NCBI RefSeq assembly: GCF_001194135.2 | Contig: NC_068981.1 | Span: 2,516,402-2,580,401, forward strand | Direction: 5' to 3' | DNA from: Octopus bimaculoides | Lineage: Eukaryota | Length of the DNA: 64,000 bases | Shown here: positions 26,311 to 40,367 of the stretch, one piece after another | Layout of the letters: the number at the start of each line of letters is the position of its first letter | Position numbering within the stretch: position 1 is the first letter of the stretch | Notes under the pieces: generated by a model | What the model saw: only the letters and a program-made list of their open reading frames with translations | Database searches by the model: none | What the model was told of the DNA's origin: nothing | Translations under genes and position numbers: made by a program

Positions 26311-26764
26311 NNNNNNNNNNNNNNNNNNNNNNNNNNNNNNNNNNNNNNNNNNNNNNNNNNNNNNNNNNNNNNNNNNNNNNNNNNNNNNNNNNNNNNNNNN
26401 NNNNNNNNNNNNNNNNNNNNNNNNNNNNNNNNNNNNNNNNNNNNNNNNNNNNNNNNNNNNNNNNNNNNNNNNNNNNNNNNNNNNNNNNNNNNNNNNNNNN
26501 NNNNNNNNNNNNNNNNNNNNNNNNNNNNNNNNNNNNNNNNNNNNNNNNNNNNNNNNNNNNNNNNNNNNNNNNNNNNNNNNNNNNNNNNNNNNNNNNNNNN
26601 NNNNNNNNNNNNNNNNNNNNNNNNNNNNNNNNNNNNNNNNNNNNNNNNNNNNNNNNNNNNNNNNNNNNNNNNNNNNNNNNNNNNNNNNNNNNNNNNNNNN
26701 NNNNNNNNNNNNNNNNNNNNNNNNNNNNNNNNNNNNNNNNNNNNNNNNNNNNNNNNNNNNNNNN

Positions 26765-26794
<30 letters not shown>

Positions 26795-26797
<3 letters not shown>

Positions 26798-27075
26798 TCC
26801 CCTCTACTATTCCCCCCTCTGCAATCTTTTTAACATCAGGCAAACCAGTAACTGACTGTGGTTGATAGGTTCACGAAGCACCTCAGAGACATTCGACTTG
26901 GCAACAAGTCTCCTGTCTCTCGACATTTCCGCTCTGCCGACCATTCTGCGCAAGATCTCACATCTATGGCGTGGTCGCCACTCCTGCCTCATCCACTACT
27001 CATATCCAGGAGGAACAAGAGCTCATTTTCTCTTTCCAAACCTATAGTCCTTTCAATTTCAACTCCTGCACAATT
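26795..27075 (+). mobile_element. Penelope-like GIY-YIG C-terminal fragment
   Basis: DRFTKHLRDIRLGNKSPVSRHFRSADHSAQDL...EQELIFSFQTYSPFNFN (frameshifted). Confidence 0.7.
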
Positions 27076-27864
27076 CCTCTGACCTTCTTTCTACCTTGTC
27101 GCTTTACTCGTCCTTCCCTCTAACACACCACTCCACGCAACCCACTTATGCTCGTACCATCCCCATCACTCCATCCACCACATACTTACCACTTGCCCTC
27201 AATAAACCAATGCCGTTTCCACGAACACACAATCACCGCCACCATACACATCTTCAGAACTCTCACACACTCGCAAACACACATCCCATCTCCACCTTCT
27301 TTTCCCCTTAACACCCCCCACTTACACCAGCACACCAACACACATTCTCTTACACTCTCTTGCTAACTAAGACGTACACACCTACTCTCAGCCCACGTAT
27401 ACCCCTCACACACATACACAAATAAACTCACACTTTTATTCTACACACACATATAAACATACTTGTTCAAGAACACACACCTTCATACGCTCCCACATAT
27501 GTTTCTTCACTCACGTAACCTCCTCTCACCCATCATTCCTATCTTGCTTTTTGACTGTTCTTAACACTTTCATCTCTGGTTTGACTATTGCTCCCAACAT
27601 CAGTCAATCCTTGCCACTGACCCTTCCAGCCCTCTTACACACGCACCCGCTTAGCTTGACTACCACTTCTCTCATTAACACACACACACACACACACACA
27701 CCAATACACATACGCACACACATTCTTCACTCTCCTCATTATTTATCCTTGCTCTCCTCTCCATCCGGCTTCCTCCTTCACCACGCAATGTTTCAGGATT
27801 TTCTCCTCTGTATGTTTTACTTCTGGCATTTACCACTGGATTTCACCATTTCATCATCTTAAAT

Positions 27865-28056
27865 CAGGGGTCCCCAAACTTTTTAGACTGTCGACCCCTT
27901 CATGAAATCCTTGACCCCCATCATCGATCCCCAGGCATATGCAAGAAAATAAATAAATAATAATTAAGTAGATGTGCAGTTTCCAGGCATTTATTGACCC
28001 CTTGAATAGTCATACCGACCCTTAGGGATCGATATCAACCACTTTAGTGGCCCCAG
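27865..28056. mobile_element. hAT-like MITE
   Basis: Starts CAGGGGTCCCCAAACT with a degenerate right end; 8-bp flanks tcttaaat / tcttagat (7/8 match). Confidence 0.65.
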
Positions 28057-28288
28057 TCTTAGATCTCTCTCCTACTGTATAACAAAACTATTTTTGAAAA
28101 ATCCTTTTTAAAAGCCACATTTTTTTTCTTCATTTTATTTGCCTGCAAGTGCTGCCATGTGCTATGACTTTACTTCCAACACTTTGCACCTAATCTTGCA
28201 TCCCTTAAAAACTCCTAGCTAGTTTTTCTAAATGTAGCAGTTACTTCTCATATCACAAATACCAGCTTTTGTTCATGGTATCACTCAC

Positions 28289-28348
28289 CTTTATGAAAAT
28301 GGTTGTTTGCATGATAATACTCAAAGCAATCAAGTTCTAACAATATTT
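28289..28348 (-). CDS. Gene A exon E2, phase 1-1: (E)ILLELDCFEYYHANNHFHK
   Basis: Acceptor atgcttgttcctcag and consensus donor AAG|gtgagt; 60 bp; only phase 1 is open. Confidence 0.65.
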
Positions 28349-29499
28349 CTGAGGAACAAGCATCATGGTATTATTTTCCTGCTCTGAGAAACCCACTCAT
28401 ATCAGAAATAAAGGGGTCTTCAAATATAGAGGGGCAGCTGAAGCACATTTAGCTTCTGAGGAAAGACAATGCCTTGGAACTTCCGCTTTGAAGAAGAACC
28501 TTATAATCAGTTGCAGACTGGGTCTAAAAATATTGGTTGCCAGGAGACTAAGGGAGTGCACCTGCAACTACAATGCTCATCATCATCATCATCATCGTTT
28601 AACGTCCGCTTTCCATGCTAGCATGGGTTGGACGATTTGACTGAGGACTGGTGAAACCGGATGGCAACACCAGGCTCCAATCTAAATTTGGCAGAGTTTT
28701 TACAGCTGGATGCCCTTCCTAACGCCAACCACTCAGAGAGTGTAGTGGGTGCTTTTATGTGTCACCCGCACGAAGGTCACTTTTCAACTGTCTACAAAAA
28801 CAGCCAAGCTGAAATAATTAATGCATTCTTCCAGGAGTGAATAAAAAATTCTCAAACTTGAGGGGATAGACCCCTTGGGGCCCCATATATAGATTCTAAT
28901 GGCACAGGGGCCCACTTTCCATCAGGCAAGCTGGCAACCTGGCCAGTCCACCACTGCTCATAATTAGTCTATTGCACCTCAGCCTGTTGGCGGAGCAGTA
29001 TTTGGTTTGACATACAAGTTGTGTGTAATTGTATTTTATGCCTCAGTGATCACAATTTCACACTATGATACAGTCTACCATGTGCGACAGATTGGACTTT
29101 TGCCAAGAAGTCATGTTATTACCTCAGCAATAGAAACTGGTGTTAAGAAAGATGAAGTCTCACAGGAGAGAGACAATAAAAAGAAAACATTGGCATTTAT
29201 TTTTCAAACTGAACCATATGAAACAACCATGTTACATTGAAGTCAGCCATTGAAAGCAATCCTACACAAGTAGAACTAACGATTGTTTCATATAAGCCAT
29301 CCTATATATATTTAATGCTGTTAAATATAGGGCATAAGTATTCATCTAATGTGTTTTTGCTATCCTTTCATAACACTTTCTTATGCGACCGCGCATGTGT
29401 ACGTGCGTGTGTTGTATTCTGTAATTCCCAAGTATTTGTAAGTGTAATAATTCTTATATCTATTTCTTTATCTAAAATGTTTTTAGTGTTCTTAATAAA

Positions 29500-31400
29500 T
29501 TTCCTCCCATCATCTTCATGCGTCTTTCTTATCTGAATTACATAATTTCTCTGGTGATTCTATGTACCCTTTGCAGCAGTGTTTCTACCTGTTTATCAGC
29601 TGCAGTCGATAAACAACTTGAAGTTGTCTACATACAAAAGATGGTTGATTGTCCTTTCATTCATATCCATCTCCATTATGACTTGACATGTTGGATAAAT
29701 GCGTTAACATCAAAAAAGGAATGGGGAAAACAAATCACCACGTGATATTTGTCTTTTAATAGAAACAGGATTAGTCTTTATAATTTTCTCCTAAATTTGT
29801 TCCTGCAGAATTGGCTGCCATTTATTCAGGATGTATTTAATGCATCTGCTTATTATTGCTGCTGCCGTACTTATAGTTAAAACTTGCAGTAATTGCTTTT
29901 ATGGAACATCATTAAAGCCTTCGGGTTTTCAATCCAAGCCATGCTTAAACCTTTCTTCCTCCTTATACAATCTGCCATTATGGCGTTGCTGACTTGTAAT
30001 TGATATTTACAACGATATGAGTCTTAGCAGCATTCTTTCTGTTTTTCTGAAAGTAAGCAAGTTTCCCAGACATAAAATAATCTTCTGTGATATTATTACA
30101 CTTAGGACATAAGTTATGGGAAAGCAGATTAAGGGTACACGCAGCTTTTAAAGTTTGCTGTTTATCTATACTTGACGCCTTTCTCTTTACCGAGTCGTTC
30201 TGGTGTCATTTCCAGTTCATTCAACATGTGTGTTTGTTAAATATTTCAATCTGAATTTCCATTTCCTGAAGTCTTCCTGTTTCTTGTTTGCTTTTCTTTT
30301 AACATATGAGTTACTTCTTGATTTGACACGGCCTTCCACAATTGAAGAGGTGCTTTCTGGACAAGCATGCCGATGGTGATTCTCTTAATGTCCATACTCC
30401 CATTCAGAATTTTTTCTACTTTCCTCGCTGTTGATATCGCATTGATTTATATTTTGATACCATATTTTTGATATATTGACTTTAATAAAATTGATTTAGT
30501 TAGAGTCACTTCTCGTGATGACATTTTTTTGTGTTTTAGTATGTCTTGTTTTAAGCATTCTTTGATTTCAGCTACTTTTATTGTTATGTTATATTTCAAA
30601 CATATTCGTAACAATTTTTTTTTTCATTTCTATCTCTTCATTATTGATTTCATAAAGAATTGAGACATCTTTATTTCCCATCTCTATTTGAATGTTTGCT
30701 TTTTACATTGGCTCAGATTTTGACAGTAGATGTTGCATATATCATTTCGTTTATCTTGGTGATATTGATGCTCGTGTTTGTTTTCATTAAGTGTGCGATG
30801 ACTAGGCTTCTTGTTATTGTGTCATTAAGTTTCATCTTTGAGAGATACTTCATTGGAAGATCTAACGATTCTATTTCATTAACTATTTCCACCTTAGGAT
30901 TATTACCATATTCATAATTTCCTTCTTTAGAATTCCATATTCTTCAATTTTTTCCATATTCCCTTTTATTCTTATTTCTGCTTGTGTTGTATTGATTTAG
31001 TTTTTGTTGGTTAGTATTCTGTAAATATACTAGAGTTTTATTTGATTTTATTATTTAATTTGTTTCACTCATGGTAAATATCTTCAATGTTTTTATCCTC
31101 GTAGATTATTTTTGCTTATTTGTGTTTTTGTTATGTATCCTTTGTTTTAAATTTTATATTTCCAAGTTTGTTGCCATTTTTTGTTTTGAGAATGTATCTT
31201 GTTAAATTAATTATTCAGTTGGGATACAAAGTTACCTTGCGATTGGGATCATCTTCTCTCCAAATTTTAGACGAAAATATTGTTCAGTTTGTAGACCCTT
31301 GTATTTTGACAGCATCCCTACCCACTTCCATGCAATGTTTTGGTCAGAAATAATGAAAATGTTTGTCAGAGAGCAAGAATTTTCATTCCAAGCTTTAATC
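29500..31400 (-). mobile_element. Old R4/Dong-like LINE fragment (RT domain plus upstream ORF), decayed
   Basis: SMAWIENPKA (cf. SMAWIDYxKA), RGDLFSPFLF (cf. QGDSLSP), INHLLYVDNFKL (cf. HLLYMDDLKL); upstream boundary approximate. Confidence 0.65.
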
Positions 31401-33181
31401 AAAACTGGATGATTTGTTTTTGTAATCTTATAAGCATTTCATTTATTGTTTAGTCAGGAGAGATGGTCATACACTTGACCCCCCACAGAAGGGGGTGAAG
31501 GGAGAGAGAGAGAGAGGTATCCTCTCTTCAAGCTAGAGACCTTGTCTGAATGCTTGTAACATAGGGAACTTCACTAAAAGCACAGAAGGCACCAGGTGGT
31601 AGTATTAAACCTGTCGATGGATTTAATTCTACCATGCAAATTATGACAGGATTGAAATCAGAATGCAAAGAGCCGGGAAAAATGCCACAAAGTTGCTGGT
31701 CTGACCTTCTTAAATTTCCACCAATTCATCGCCCTGGATAGGGATATTTTTATCAACCCAGAAAAGCTGAAAAGTTAATCTGGGCTGGATCTGTATTCAA
31801 CGTGCAGAGAGTTGGAACAAATATGGTGGTGTATTCATTCCACTGACTCTAACAACTCCACCATTTAGCTGTCATATAAACTGTAGCAAGACACGAAACC
31901 TAGTCGTAAAATTGCCAAGTTAAAATCATGGGATGGCAACAGCTTGTTCATGTGAGCGGTTAAGTTATGGACTCACCAGCAGTCAGATATCAGGTGATAG
32001 ATCATTCTAGGAGCTTCCAGGATAGTATCCTAACAGGCCTATATGTAAGCATGCTTTTGAGCACCAATGCTTAGGGTGTGGCAGCCTGCAGCTCAGCTCC
32101 ACATACTCTTGCTGTTTTTAACAGTCGTTATCATAACTCTTACTCTTGATGTCCTGTTATAGTTTACAGAAGCGAATCCTATATTTTCTTCTGTCTTAGC
32201 AAGCTTAATTACACAGCCTTTACAATCAACTAATTTGTAAAAGCTAAAGAATAATTCTTTCTCATGTGCCAACTTTGTTGTTGCTATTTCTAATTCATGA
32301 CCAGCATGGAAATTACTTGTGCAGTGAAATGAATGTTGCTAATTCATCATGAGTGTCATGCATTCATTATACGCAGCCAGATTGCAACTTGACAACCATC
32401 ATCTGTTATCCTTCATCTTTTTGTCAATCACGGCAAACCAACGACACAACATATCCATGATAAAACCATGATGGGATTTGAACCCTGAATGCAAAGGGCT
32501 AGGAAAAATACCATACCACAAAATATCCTAACAATTCCACCACTCCACCACCATCTTGGATTTGGTATTTTTTATTGACTTTGTAATGATATAAGGTGTG
32601 TAGTTTTCTTCACACAGCCATAAATAACATCTGCACAATCACATACACTAACAACCAATTTCTCACGCCAGTGTCTTTCCTAATGAATCTATTACCCTAG
32701 CTATATGAGATTAATCAAAATGAGTGTCGGCCTACATAATCAGCTATTGTTTCAAAAATGTTCGTGTGAAGGACATAAATGAATGTACGGATATGTGTAT
32801 GTGTGTGTGTATATATATATATATATATACACACACACATATATATGTATATATACACATATATATATATATATATATATATANNNNNNNNNNATATATA
32901 TATATATATATATATTTGTCTATATATACCAATATATATATATATATATATACCTATACATATGTATAATAAAACCTATACGGCTGTATATATACATGTA
33001 TGTATATATACATGTATGTATATGTATGTATTTTGAAATGTAAGTTATAACACTTTTTCAAAATAACACTTTTTAAAAAATAAACATACAGATGTGAAAA
33101 CCTGTCTTCCTACATACCTGTCTATGTATCTTTTTTACATGCCCGCCTACAGACATAGAAACATTCCAACCAACCAATCTA

Positions 33182-33215
<34 letters not shown>

Positions 33216-33335
33216 CGTGTCTCTGTCTGTCTGCCTCCTCCACTCTCTCTCTATCCATCTGCCTAGTTTCCTACATGTCCAGCTATCAAACAAATGTTAG
33301 TTTCTAACACACAGATGCACACACATGCACGCACG

Positions 33336-33396
<61 letters not shown>

Positions 33397-33565
33397 TACT
33401 GAATTTATTGAAATTATCTTCTCTGCGAGAGAAGATCAAAACAAGTGCTTTATGGTAATTACAATCCACTCCAAACAAGAATGGGAAATAACCCCAAGAA
33501 TCAAGAATTCTCCAAAATCGACATATCATAATAGAAAATACAGTGTGGGTTGTCTGTAGACAGGG

Positions 33566-33623
33566 GGACAGCTGTGGACACATGTTTCTGATCCGATGAA
33601 CGTCATCAGCCCAGCAGTTGTCC
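33566..33623 (-). ncRNA. Degenerate type I hammerhead-ribozyme-like motif
   Basis: GGACA-ACT-GCTGGG CTGATGA ... GAAAC-ATGT-GTC CACAGC-TGTCC; 10.1-11.1 pair is mismatched (C/A). Confidence 0.4.
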
Positions 33624-34029
33624 TACGTTGACTCCAGAAGATGTGAGATTTAGACAAACACAAAAAGAGTAGAAATTATTTATGGCTTAGGATATTTTGC
33701 AAAATTTAAACAAAACAGAGCTAAGATGGGATAAAGGCATGAATATGGACAATAAATGCGAATAAAGATATATTAAATACTCCTTCAGAAAAACCAAGAG
33801 GGCTGCAATTTTAGGTAAAGTGTGGAAGAATGTATTTACACAAATATATTTTACCTTAAACTGTGCTTATTCATTTACATGACTAGCTGTGTTTCTTTCA
33901 GTCTTGAAATCAACAGCGTACTCTCTAATGATTTTGGAAAATGAAAGACATGTAACTGGTCTTCATACTCTTAATCGAATGAATCAACCCCAGTATTGTG
34001 ACACAGTATTGTGACACAATAACCTGGTA

Positions 34030-34118
34030 CTTATTGTGTCACTCTGTTTTGCTGAACTGCTAAGTTAGGAGATGTAAACACACTAACATCGGTTGTCAAA
34101 CGGTGGTGGGGGCCAAAC

Positions 34119-34149
<31 letters not shown>

Positions 34150-34300
34150 AACACGCACACAAACACGCACACAAACACACGCACACAGGATGGGCTTCTT
34201 TCAGTTTCCGCCTACCAAATCCACTTGCAAGGCTTTGGTCGACCAGAGAATATAGTAGAAAACACTTGCCCATTGGGACTGAACCCGGAACCATGAGGTT
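34030..34300 (-). mobile_element. SINE family A copy
   Basis: gggcttctttcagtttccgcctaccaaatccac...gggactgaacccggaaccatg. Confidence 0.75.
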
Positions 34301-35283
34301 AGGACGCTGTATATTTATATAGTAGATACTAAATATGTTGATTAAAGACAATCGATTATATTAATTAAAGGCTGGTCTCAGCTTGGAGCTATGAGTGAAA
34401 ATGGGTAGATGAAAGCTATAGCAGTTTCATCGAATGGCTTATACCAGTGATTGAAAAAATCCAGCTTTGTTATACTGTATCTTGGTGATACTGCCTGGGA
34501 ATTACATTAAGGGTACAAATGTGTGTGGTGTACTCAGCCACTTAGGCAAGAATTCAATGAATATTTAGTTCCATTGATTGGACAAAAATATTATACAAGG
34601 TCAAAATCGACGAAGGATCCACTTAGATTTTTAATGAATGAAAATATTGTTTACGAAATCAAAGACAAAGCAATTAATTATAAATTATATTTGTGAGTTG
34701 TCAGAGGAAGTAATAACTTTCATTGATTAAACTCGTCAATCAAGTAATATTTACAACAGGGTACAAAAAAAAAGGGTGGAAAATCCAGGTCGTTTCTGTA
34801 ATAAACCGAATTCCTAGATGGATGTGTCTGATGGTGTGTAAAACATCAGGATCAATAATGCCATAACACCAGGTATAATGTAGGAGACCGGGACACCTAA
34901 CTTCAGCAAACCAGCAATGTGTGTGTGTGTGTGTGATACACACACATACATATATAATTCCATTTTTAGGAGTGGAACTTGAAATAGACAAAGCTATAGA
35001 TAACAGTTTGTAAATATTGGGTGAAGAACCCTTTAGGATTGAAAAGTTGAAGACTGCTTGTTGAATATGAACCCACATTTTCTGTAAAATTGGATCAAAG
35101 CAATCCTTGGAAATTTCCTGACAATTTCAAGAATTTAGAAACTTGAAGTAAATGAAATTTTATGTTTACCTGCTGCATGACAAGATTGTCTTAAAACAAT
35201 TGAAACCAGTAATATATTTTGATAAAAATGCAAATATTTTCCTCCCATCATTCATAAAATTCTCAAAGAATTTTCTTATCTTG

Positions 35284-35345
<62 letters not shown>

Positions 35346-36228
35346 ATCTATCTCAACAGACTTTTTTTACTGCTCTGATGGAATTTTGCCCAATAAAATG
35401 TTTTAATTACTGGAATTTAATTCTTTTGGGCAAAAGCGAAACAGCTGTAAGAGAACATGTTGAATTTTTGCAGTTAATAAATTATATCAATTCTACTTCT
35501 CCATTTTCTGGATTTTAATTTGAATATTAAAAATAAAAAAACAAGATTTATACTTAAACCTATTATTTTAGGAATATTACTATCAACAACAAAATAACAG
35601 ATAACAAACCAGTAATTCATTGCAGATTTTTTATCCCNNNNNNNNNNNNNNNNNNNNNNNNNNNNNNNNNNNNNNNNNNNNNNNNNNNNNNNNNNNNNNN
35701 NNNNNNNNNNNNNNNNNNNNNNNNNNNNNNNNNNNNNNNNNNNNNNNNNNNNNNNNNNNNNNNNNNNNNNNNNNNNNAGGTGGCACGTAAAAAACACCAT
35801 TTTGAGCGTGGCCATTGCCAGTACTGAGTGACTGGCCCTCGTGCCGGTGGCACGTAAAAGCACCCACTACACTCTCGGAGTGGTTGGTGTTAGGAAGGGC
35901 ATCCAGCTGTAGAAACTCTGCCAAATCAGATTGGAGCCTGGTGCAGCCATCCGGTTCACCAGTCCTCAGTCAAATCGTCCAACCCATGCTAGCATGGAAA
36001 GCGGACGTTAAACGATGATGATGATATATATACTTAACACGGGGCTTTCTTTTTAAATGACAGAATTTAAGATATTGGACCAGTCAGTGTTGGCACAAAG
36101 AATTGAATGAAAATGACTTCATCCGGGAGTAGAAACTATTTCACAGAGCGAGAGGAAGAATTTGATGGAATCTTTCTTGCACTGAACAGAAACGTATAAT
36201 AGAGAAGGAATTATGAAACAGTTCTTAC

Positions 36229-36268
36229 CAGCTGTTATTAATGTTGTTATAAAAATACTGGAAAACAT
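36229..36268 (-). CDS. Gene A first coding exon E1 (exon 36229-36290): MFSSIFITTLITA, start of a probable signal peptide
   Basis: Acceptor ataatttctcttcag at 36290; AAAG-ATG at 36268; donor GCT G|gtaaga (phase 1) joins E2 in frame. Confidence 0.6.
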
Positions 36269-37272
36269 CTTTAAAGTTCTGGTTGTTGCTCTGAAGAGAA
36301 ATTATATAAAAGTAATATTATTAAGAAAAAAAAAAGAAGAGAGAATTTTTTTTTAAATACATCTTTTTTTTCTTTTAATCTTATGCGATTTGATTCAAAG
36401 CTGAAAACACACACGCACATCACACACATGCGCGGACGCACGCACACACAGATGCACACAAAATCAGCAATTTAGATTTTGATATTAAATTCACCATTTT
36501 GTCTGATCATTTCGTTTGTTTTGCAAAATTCTTGATGAGAAATCTGTTTTGAAGGAGATTTATGTTTGGAGGGTCATTCGGAGGGCCACTTGTTGATATT
36601 TTATATTCAGTTTTATTAATATTAGTCAACTAGTTAACTAATTAACCAGTTAGCTAATTGAGTGTTTGAACTATCATTTCATTGATCAATCAGTCAGTTT
36701 GCATGTCAGAATCCTTTTGTTTCTGCGATCTCATCAAAGATAATCGCTAACATCATTGAAGTAAGATTATATCTTTCCTGAGGTGGCCCATACATACATA
36801 TATAGGTATATTCAACCATCCACTTGTCAATCCGTTCGTTCTCCCACTCTCCCTATATGCACGTATATGTGTTTATATATAAACGTACACACACACAATA
36901 TGTACATATGTGTGTGTGTGTGTGTTTGTGTGTGTGTAATCAGATTTAAAAATTGCACAAAAGACGATAAAGGAACACACTGAAAATTCCCACACAAAAC
37001 GTGGGCATGCTCTTTCCTCATCATTTATCATCTAAAAATCATAACAATTTCGATCCTTTGACTGTAAGCTCGTTCATTTTGGTGGCATCAACAACAACGA
37101 GATGCTGGGAAGAAGTGAACGAACGTAAAGTAGGGTGCGGGAAACAGTCAAATGACACAAACAGTTGGCACAAATGTAAATATACATACAAAATAAAGGT
37201 CTTACGGCCATGAGACAGCTTTAAGACAAGACGTGAAGAAATAATGCTAATGGAAATATATATAAATATATG

Positions 37273-37421
37273 GGCGATCTTTCGGTACGAGTTCCTAAAT
37301 ATCGCCCTTTTCTGTAAAAAGTGTCTTCGGCGATCTTTACCAAAGATCGGCCTTTTCTGTAACACCCGCACGATCTTCACTACGGTGGCCGATATTTAGG
37401 AACTCGTACCGAAACATCGCC
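37273..37421. mobile_element. 149-bp MITE with about 35-bp TIRs starting GGCGAT
   Basis: GGCGATCTTTCGGTACGAGTTCCTAAATATCG pairs with the right end; TATATG on both flanks. Confidence 0.8.
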
Positions 37422-39947
37422 TATATGCATGTATGTATATATACCTATATATTTATATCTATATCTCTCTGTATGTATGTGTGTGTGTGGTGTAGTATGT
37501 GTGTATTGTGCACGCGCGCTGATATAGTACAGAATGGAGAAAGGTTTTGCTACTTTCCTTTAAGTTACTTTTCCCAATATTAAATTCCCTCTATTTCTCT
37601 ATGTTACCACTTGTTTGATAAACTTAATTTGCAATACATTTGGACAACCAACTGTAATCCTACTGTAATATGAATTAGATTAGTCTTTTGATAAGACACA
37701 TTCATCCTAACTTAGACAACATTCCATGTGTGTGGTGCTCCAGTATTGCTTTAAACAAAGGAGTAAAAGACATACGGTCTAATTTTGAAGTGATTCACAT
37801 TTTAACAAACGTTGGCAAATACTGACTTTTACATGAACGAAACTTTTGATTTGTGAGGGTGTTAGATGACGGTATGTGACACTCATGCCTTTCCAGTGGT
37901 CATTAGCAGCACAAGTAAGCTGATCACATTAAAAATATTGGTTCCAAATTTTAGCACAAGGCCAGCAATTTCAGGGGAAGTGGTCAAGTCGATTACATGG
38001 ACCCCAGTGTTCAACTGGTGCTTATTTTATCGATTCCCAAAAAGATGGAAGGTAAAATCGATCTCAGAGCATAAATACAGAAGAAATGCCGTCATTCCTT
38101 TTGCCCAACATCCTAACGAGTCTCCCTGTTGGCCGTCTTGATCACGTTAAAATTATCGATTACTTTCGGTCTAATTTCATTTTGTAAGAGATAATTTAGT
38201 GTGAAATAATTAATGGCAGAGCCTATAAAAAGGAGTATATCGGTGGTCCGGGACCTGGAAAACCAAAAAGGAACTGGACAGCGAATATCTGATGGGGACA
38301 CTCCCTCAATAAATAAATTAATAAGCAAATAAATAAATAAATTATTAATAATAAATAAATAAATAAATAAACTCAGAGCCCCTTCGAATTTTGAGATGAA
38401 CCTTGACCACTGGGGTCCTAAAGGATTCTTGGTGCATCTTGTTCCAGCTTTCAGAATTTCTCTTGGAGGCTCTGGTACATACAAAATATGTACGTCCCAC
38501 GGAATAAAAGACGAAAGTTTCATTCTGACAATATTGATATTTGAATTGTTTTCTCTTCCATTATAATTCCAATCACAACTAGGATGTCTTAAAAGTAAAT
38601 AATATTGGCTTCAGTTCTTAACGGGTAATTTATTTTATCACCCCACCCAAGGCCATTTTAGTAGCATTATGGTACCGGGCGAATCTATCACTGACATAGA
38701 ACACAACATACACAGATTAGAATTGGATTTCTAGACTCGTGAGATCAGAATTGGATTCCTAGAATCTATCACTGACATTGAACACAGCATAGATTAGAAT
38801 TGGATTCCTAGACTGTGACGACTTCGGGCAACAGCTCAATGTGCCTGTGCATTAAGATGTCACTGACCCCACCCTGAGAAGATATAAGGCAAAGTTTGAC
38901 CTTTATGGGATTCAGAAATTAAAGAGTTATAACTGCTATCATAAGTTAGTTTGTCATTCTAATGATAAAAAAAATTGTGATTCTTTTGTATTTTAGCCTG
39001 CTCTGTTTAATTTTTTCCTACTAACTTCAGTTTATAATCAACATCTTTGTAACAATTCATGTTATTTTGTTCAATCCCTGCATTTCACCAGATGTTTATC
39101 ATTCACAGTATTTTTTCAAACATAAAAAAAAATCAGTTTAAAGACAATGTTCTTTTCCCTCGCCGTCTTTTACATTTGTTCGGTTATTTCGTCATAGATG
39201 TTCTAGTATTTGCTGAAAACACAGACAATTGAATAGATTGATACAGTAGAAACAGCCGAGAGGTCCTCGGTTTGTACTCCATCTTCAGTGCTTCGTTGAG
39301 TCCGTACAGGGCCGGCACTACAAGACGATCGCACAGGGCGTTAAAATCTAACGGCATTAGAAAAGTGAAAGAAATGTAACATTTTTTAAACCTTAACTTT
39401 TTAATACCCATTTCTGTCAATGAAGAGTTGTTGTATGTGTTTGAAGAACAGCAGAAAACTTAATCGTCATCAGGTAAACTTTAGATACAATATTGTATCT
39501 TATATAAGCAACTGTTCTTAGCTGTACCCAGCGGTCATAACAGAGAGAAGAGGTGCTGATTGTAGGGTTAATCTTAGGGCGACAACTACCCTGGCATTCG
39601 TTCTGAGTCTGTGATCAAGTTACTTAAGTCTCGGCGACCAAATCCGTTCATATGACTCACAGTGTAAACACAACTACGTCGAAGAGAAGACGTGTGCTTT
39701 AATTAATTTCTCATTACGATTTTGTTGAGAGACCCTAATTTGCCTAGCTTACCCAGTCCCTAATCCGTTATAAGTTAGTATGAATGCTGACAGCCAAAGA
39801 GATAATTAAGCGACGTTACTGCATTCAAAAGGCCATGCAAAAGAATTCCGCGACCAACATATTGCCAGCGATTCTCCGGTTGAGAACCCTTGACCTAACT
39901 AGTGATAGATGATAAATAAATGAATACACGATTGAAAGCTTAAGGAA

Positions 39948-40066
39948 CAGAGAGAGAGAGACAGAGAGAGAGAGAGACAGAGAGAGAGAGAGACAGAGAG
40001 AGAGAGAGAGACAGAGAGAGACAGAGAGAGAGAGACAGACGGAGAGAGAGAGAGAGACAGACAGAG

Positions 40067-40115
<49 letters not shown>
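39948..40115. repeat. (AG)n/(AGAC)n microsatellite
   Basis: Direct sequence. Confidence 0.95.
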
Positions 40116-40120
<5 letters not shown>

Positions 40121-40262
40121 AGATAGGTGAGAGAGAGAAATAGAGAAAGAGAGAGATGGGGAGAAAGAAAGAAAAATATTGCATTCTGCTTATGAAAACA
40201 AACTAACGGGAGCTGTATTCAGTAGCGTGTTGGTTTAATTAAAGAAATAAAATAGAATTTAC

Positions 40263-40337
40263 CTTGGTTTTATCGACAGTAAATGACCTGCAGTGATTTG
40301 CTACCCACTTCCACTGTGCCGGTCCTAGTCGCAAAAC
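40263..40337 (-). other. Candidate non-coding first exon of gene A (5' boundary approximate)
   Basis: Donor AAG|gtaaat at 40263; no ATG; in-frame TAG upstream of the E1 ATG after splicing; starts about 30 nt below a TATA box. Confidence 0.35.
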
Positions 40338-40359
40338 GTAGCACAAGTAATTTTTTTTC

Positions 40360-40367
40360 TTTATATA
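40360..40367 (-). promoter_or_regulatory. Candidate TATA box of gene A
   Basis: TATATAAA on the minus strand, positioned upstream of the candidate 5'UTR exon; weak on its own in AT-rich DNA. Confidence 0.3.

Noticed and set aside
31977-32029. Consensus donor CTG|gtgagt
   Set aside because: No acceptor gives an open phase 1-1 exon.
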